Shown here piece by piece: positions 49,975-51,747 of a stretch of 51,747 nucleotides of DNA. A program made the position numbers and the translations under genes. Position 1 is the stretch's first letter; every line of letters starts with the position of its first letter. The stretch spans positions 1-51,747 of the forward strand of contig JAILEX010000080.1 in the NCBI GenBank assembly GCA_024687185.1, in the 5' to 3' direction. The notes beneath the pieces are model-generated. The model was not told where the DNA came from, did no database searches, and saw only the letters and a program-made list of their open reading frames with translations. The DNA is from Bacilli bacterium (GTDB lineage: Bacteria > Bacillota_I > Bacilli_A > RFN20 > CAG-826).

Positions 49975-50885
49975 GGATGGTCCTCCAGATTCTTGAAATC
50001 CCAGGGGAATTTAGCCATATCGAATCTAAATCCCGCCGTGTAGGATCCATCTTTGTAGATAATCTCCCTTTTCCCAACGACCATGCAGGCTTTTGCGACG
50101 ATCATGCTCTTCTTTACGGGGCCTTTGGCCCTGGAGTCGCTTGAATGTCTGCGGTTATCGCCCATGACAAATATTTCATCGTCTCCTAAAACCCAGCTTG
50201 CGGTAACGGGGTTGCCGGGTTTGGTGATATTGCCTCCGCTAGTGGAATACTTCCTTGCTTCCCCATACGAATTCGAAATGTCGGGAAAGTCGGCCTCGGA
50301 ATATAGGTTTGGCAAATCGAAGCTTTTGCCCGCGGCGTCGGTAATCGTCGTTTTGCCCCAAACGGAATAGCCGTAATATGAGGAAAACTCTTCGGATTCG
50401 GTGTCATAGTTAATCGTCACGGTTTCGCCAGGGAAGCCGATGACGCGCTTGATTTTCAAATCGGTGTTCCTAAGTTTGGTGTATGTCGAATCGGTATAAT
50501 CGTCTGGATAATGGGTGACGACGATGTCAAAACGCTTTAGTTTGTCGAAGAAGGAATCGTCCTTTTTCGTTTTACCCCACCCATAGTCGACGCAGTCTCC
50601 GGAAAAACTAGAGCCGCTAGACCAATTCATCGTCTCGCCAGTAGACCCACGGATCGCGGTCAAGTTCAACGTTGGATACATGCTCATGCCATTGATAAAA
50701 AAGACCTCGTCGAAATTGAGGTTACGGTAAATGATGGTTCCAACAGGAAGCGCCATCACGACTACCAAGACAATGCAAAGGATGTCAAAAAACAAAAGAA
50801 GCCTCGAACGCCAGGTTTTTTTCTTTTTCGCTGGTTCGACGGGATCGGTAAGCTTTGTTACTTCTTTTGCTTCCTTTTTCGCCAT
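49971..50885 (-). CDS. lepB: Signal peptidase I (S26) with enlarged extracytoplasmic region
   Basis: After a TM anchor come box B NGMSMYPTL, box D IKRVIGFPGETV and box E GDNRRHSSDSR. Confidence 0.85.
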   Translation of the reverse strand: MAKKEAKEVTKLTDPVEPAKKKKTWRSRLLLFFDILCIVLVVVMALPVGTIIYRNLNFDEVFFINGMSMYPTLNLTAIRGSTGETMNWSSGSSFSGDCVDYGWGKTKKDDSFFDKLKRFDIVVTHYPDDYTDSTYTKLRNTDLKIKRVIGFPGETVTINYDTESEEFSSYYGYSVWGKTTITDAAGKSFDLPNLYSEADFPDISNSYGEARKYSTSGGNITKPGNPVTASWVLGDDEIFVMGDNRRHSSDSRAKGPVKKSMIVAKACMVVGKREIIYKDGSYTAGFRFDMAKFPWDFKNLEDHP

Positions 50886-50931
50886 AGGCGAATTATAGAA
50901 TTACATAGGTGATGTTTCAACCAAACGCAAG

Positions 50932-50953
50932 AAAAAAGCCCGATTTCTCGGGC
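50932..50953 (-). terminator. Rho-independent terminator after rplS
   Basis: The stem pairs GCCCGA (50938-50943) with TCGGGC (50948-50953). On the minus strand it is followed by TTTTTT. Confidence 0.6.
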
Positions 50954-50982
50954 GGTCACTTGGTTTTGTTTTTCTTTTTTGG

Positions 50983-51330
50983 TTAGTTGGCGGATTTGAT
51001 ACGGGCGGCTTTGCCAGAAAGCTTACGTAGATAGGTAATCTTGTTACGGCGAACCTTGCCACGCCTCACGACTTCGATCTTAGCGATGGAAGGGGAGTGT
51101 AGGTTGAAGGTACGTTCGACACCGATGCCGGAAGAAATCTTACGGACGGTGAAGGTTTCGGAGATACCGCCTCCGCGACGCTGCATAACAACGCCTTCGA
51201 AAACCTGGTTACGTTCCTTTTTGTTTTCAATGATGCGGACATAAACCTTGATGGTGTCGCCGGAAGAAAACTCAGGAAGATCATTACGAAGCTGACGGGC
51301 TGTAATTTCATTGACTAGATTGTTGTTCAT
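50983..51330 (-). CDS. rplS: 50S ribosomal protein L19
   Basis: The sequence reads [10 protein letters not shown]...[56 protein letters not shown]. The start at 51330 has AAGGAG upstream. The 30-aa extension in the track ORF is not credible. Confidence 0.95.
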   Translation of the reverse strand: MNNNLVNEITARQLRNDLPEFSSGDTIKVYVRIIENKKERNQVFEGVVMQRRGGGISETFTVRKISSGIGVERTFNLHSPSIAKIEVVRRGKVRRNKITYLRKLSGKAARIKSAN

Positions 51331-51434
51331 GACATTACTCCTTTGCTTAAGGGATGGTTCTTTTCGACTAAGCACATTCCATAAGTGACTAATGTAGCGG
51401 TGCGTAGCCACGTCTACCAAATAGGCGCGACGAA

Positions 51435-51463
51435 ACTATACACATTCACGCACGTAGGAGCAA
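51435..51463 (-). promoter_or_regulatory. Putative rplS promoter (implies a leader of about 100 nt)
   Basis: On the minus strand, TTGCTC (51463-51458), a 17-nt spacer and TATAGT (51440-51435) form the promoter. A TG extended -10 (TGtTATAGT) is present. Confidence 0.5.
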
Positions 51464-51687
51464 CAAAAAATTGAATCCGAAGAGTTCAACGCGCCTAAAG
51501 AAAAGACAATTATAGATAGTAGAAGAATTGTCAATTTATTAAAGAGGTCTTACCAATCGTGGCCTTAGGCAAAAAGACAAAGAGAAAGGAATTTGAAATT
51601 AAGGGAAGAAAGCCCTAAAAGGCGGCGAAAAACAAGGTTAGCTACAAAAAAGAGGAAAAAGCGACTTACAATCGAATCAAATTACAA

Positions 51688-51716
51688 TTGTTAAGTAATT
51701 TTGCTTTACATATAAT
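51688..51716 (+). promoter_or_regulatory. Outward-facing promoter at right edge (first of two tandem modules)
   Basis: TTGTTA (51688-51693), a 17-nt spacer and TATAAT (51711-51716) form the promoter. A second copy of the module, GTGTTAAGTAA...CTTTACATAAA, starts at 51721 and runs off the window. Confidence 0.45.
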
Positions 51717-51747
51717 TTCAGTGTTAAGTAAAAATACTTTACATAAA

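Noticed and set aside
1-51747. CRISPR arrays, rRNA genes, IS elements, prophage or defence-system genes
   Set aside because: I scanned both strands. There are no regularly spaced direct repeats, no transposase, RT or nuclease-helicase type ORFs, and every long ORF is accounted for by the calls above.

Overview
51.7-kb chromosomal segment of a moderate-GC, standard-code (TGA is a stop) Bacillota/Mollicutes-like bacterium. I call 42 protein genes, 39 of them on the minus strand, plus four singleton minus-strand tRNAs. There is no rRNA, CRISPR array, transposase or phage gene. The window has three blocks. (1) 1-9.6 kb is an oppABCDF oligopeptide ABC transporter operon with a Mollicutes-style architecture: a 943-aa lipoprotein OppA, large inserts in OppC, OppD and OppF, and a predicted N-terminal membrane anchor on OppF. 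(2) 9.7-29.9 kb is an accessory-looking stretch. It holds a membrane-lipid cluster (secreted PI-PLC, cardiolipin synthase, nucleotidyltransferase, YhhN, methyltransferase), two XRE regulator modules, and a GH3 glycosidase flanked by two esterases. It also holds cyclophilin, a PII-fold orphan, beta-carbonic anhydrase, and the parts of a lipid-carrier-dependent extracytoplasmic glycosylation system (GtrA-like flippase, GT2 polyprenyl-phosphate sugar synthase, two large GT-C-like membrane proteins). tRNA-Leu(CAG), Ala(GGC), Arg(CCU) and Pro(CGG) punctuate this block. (3) 29.9-51.4 kb is a compact, co-directional version of the conserved Bacillota backbone: rplS-lepB-rbgA-rnhB-dprA-topA-trmFO-xerC-rpsB-tsf-pyrH-frr-uppS-cdsA-dxr-rseP-polC. 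Several of its proteins carry unusual low-complexity or ectodomain insertions, notably about 175 acidic residues in PolC. The most interesting candidates are the two-acceptor-enzyme glycosylation module whose acceptor is unknown, the atypical Opp architecture, the PI-PLC/lipid cluster, and a recurring intergenic 10-mer (TGCAAAACCC). All functional calls come from motif recognition by eye; no database search was run.
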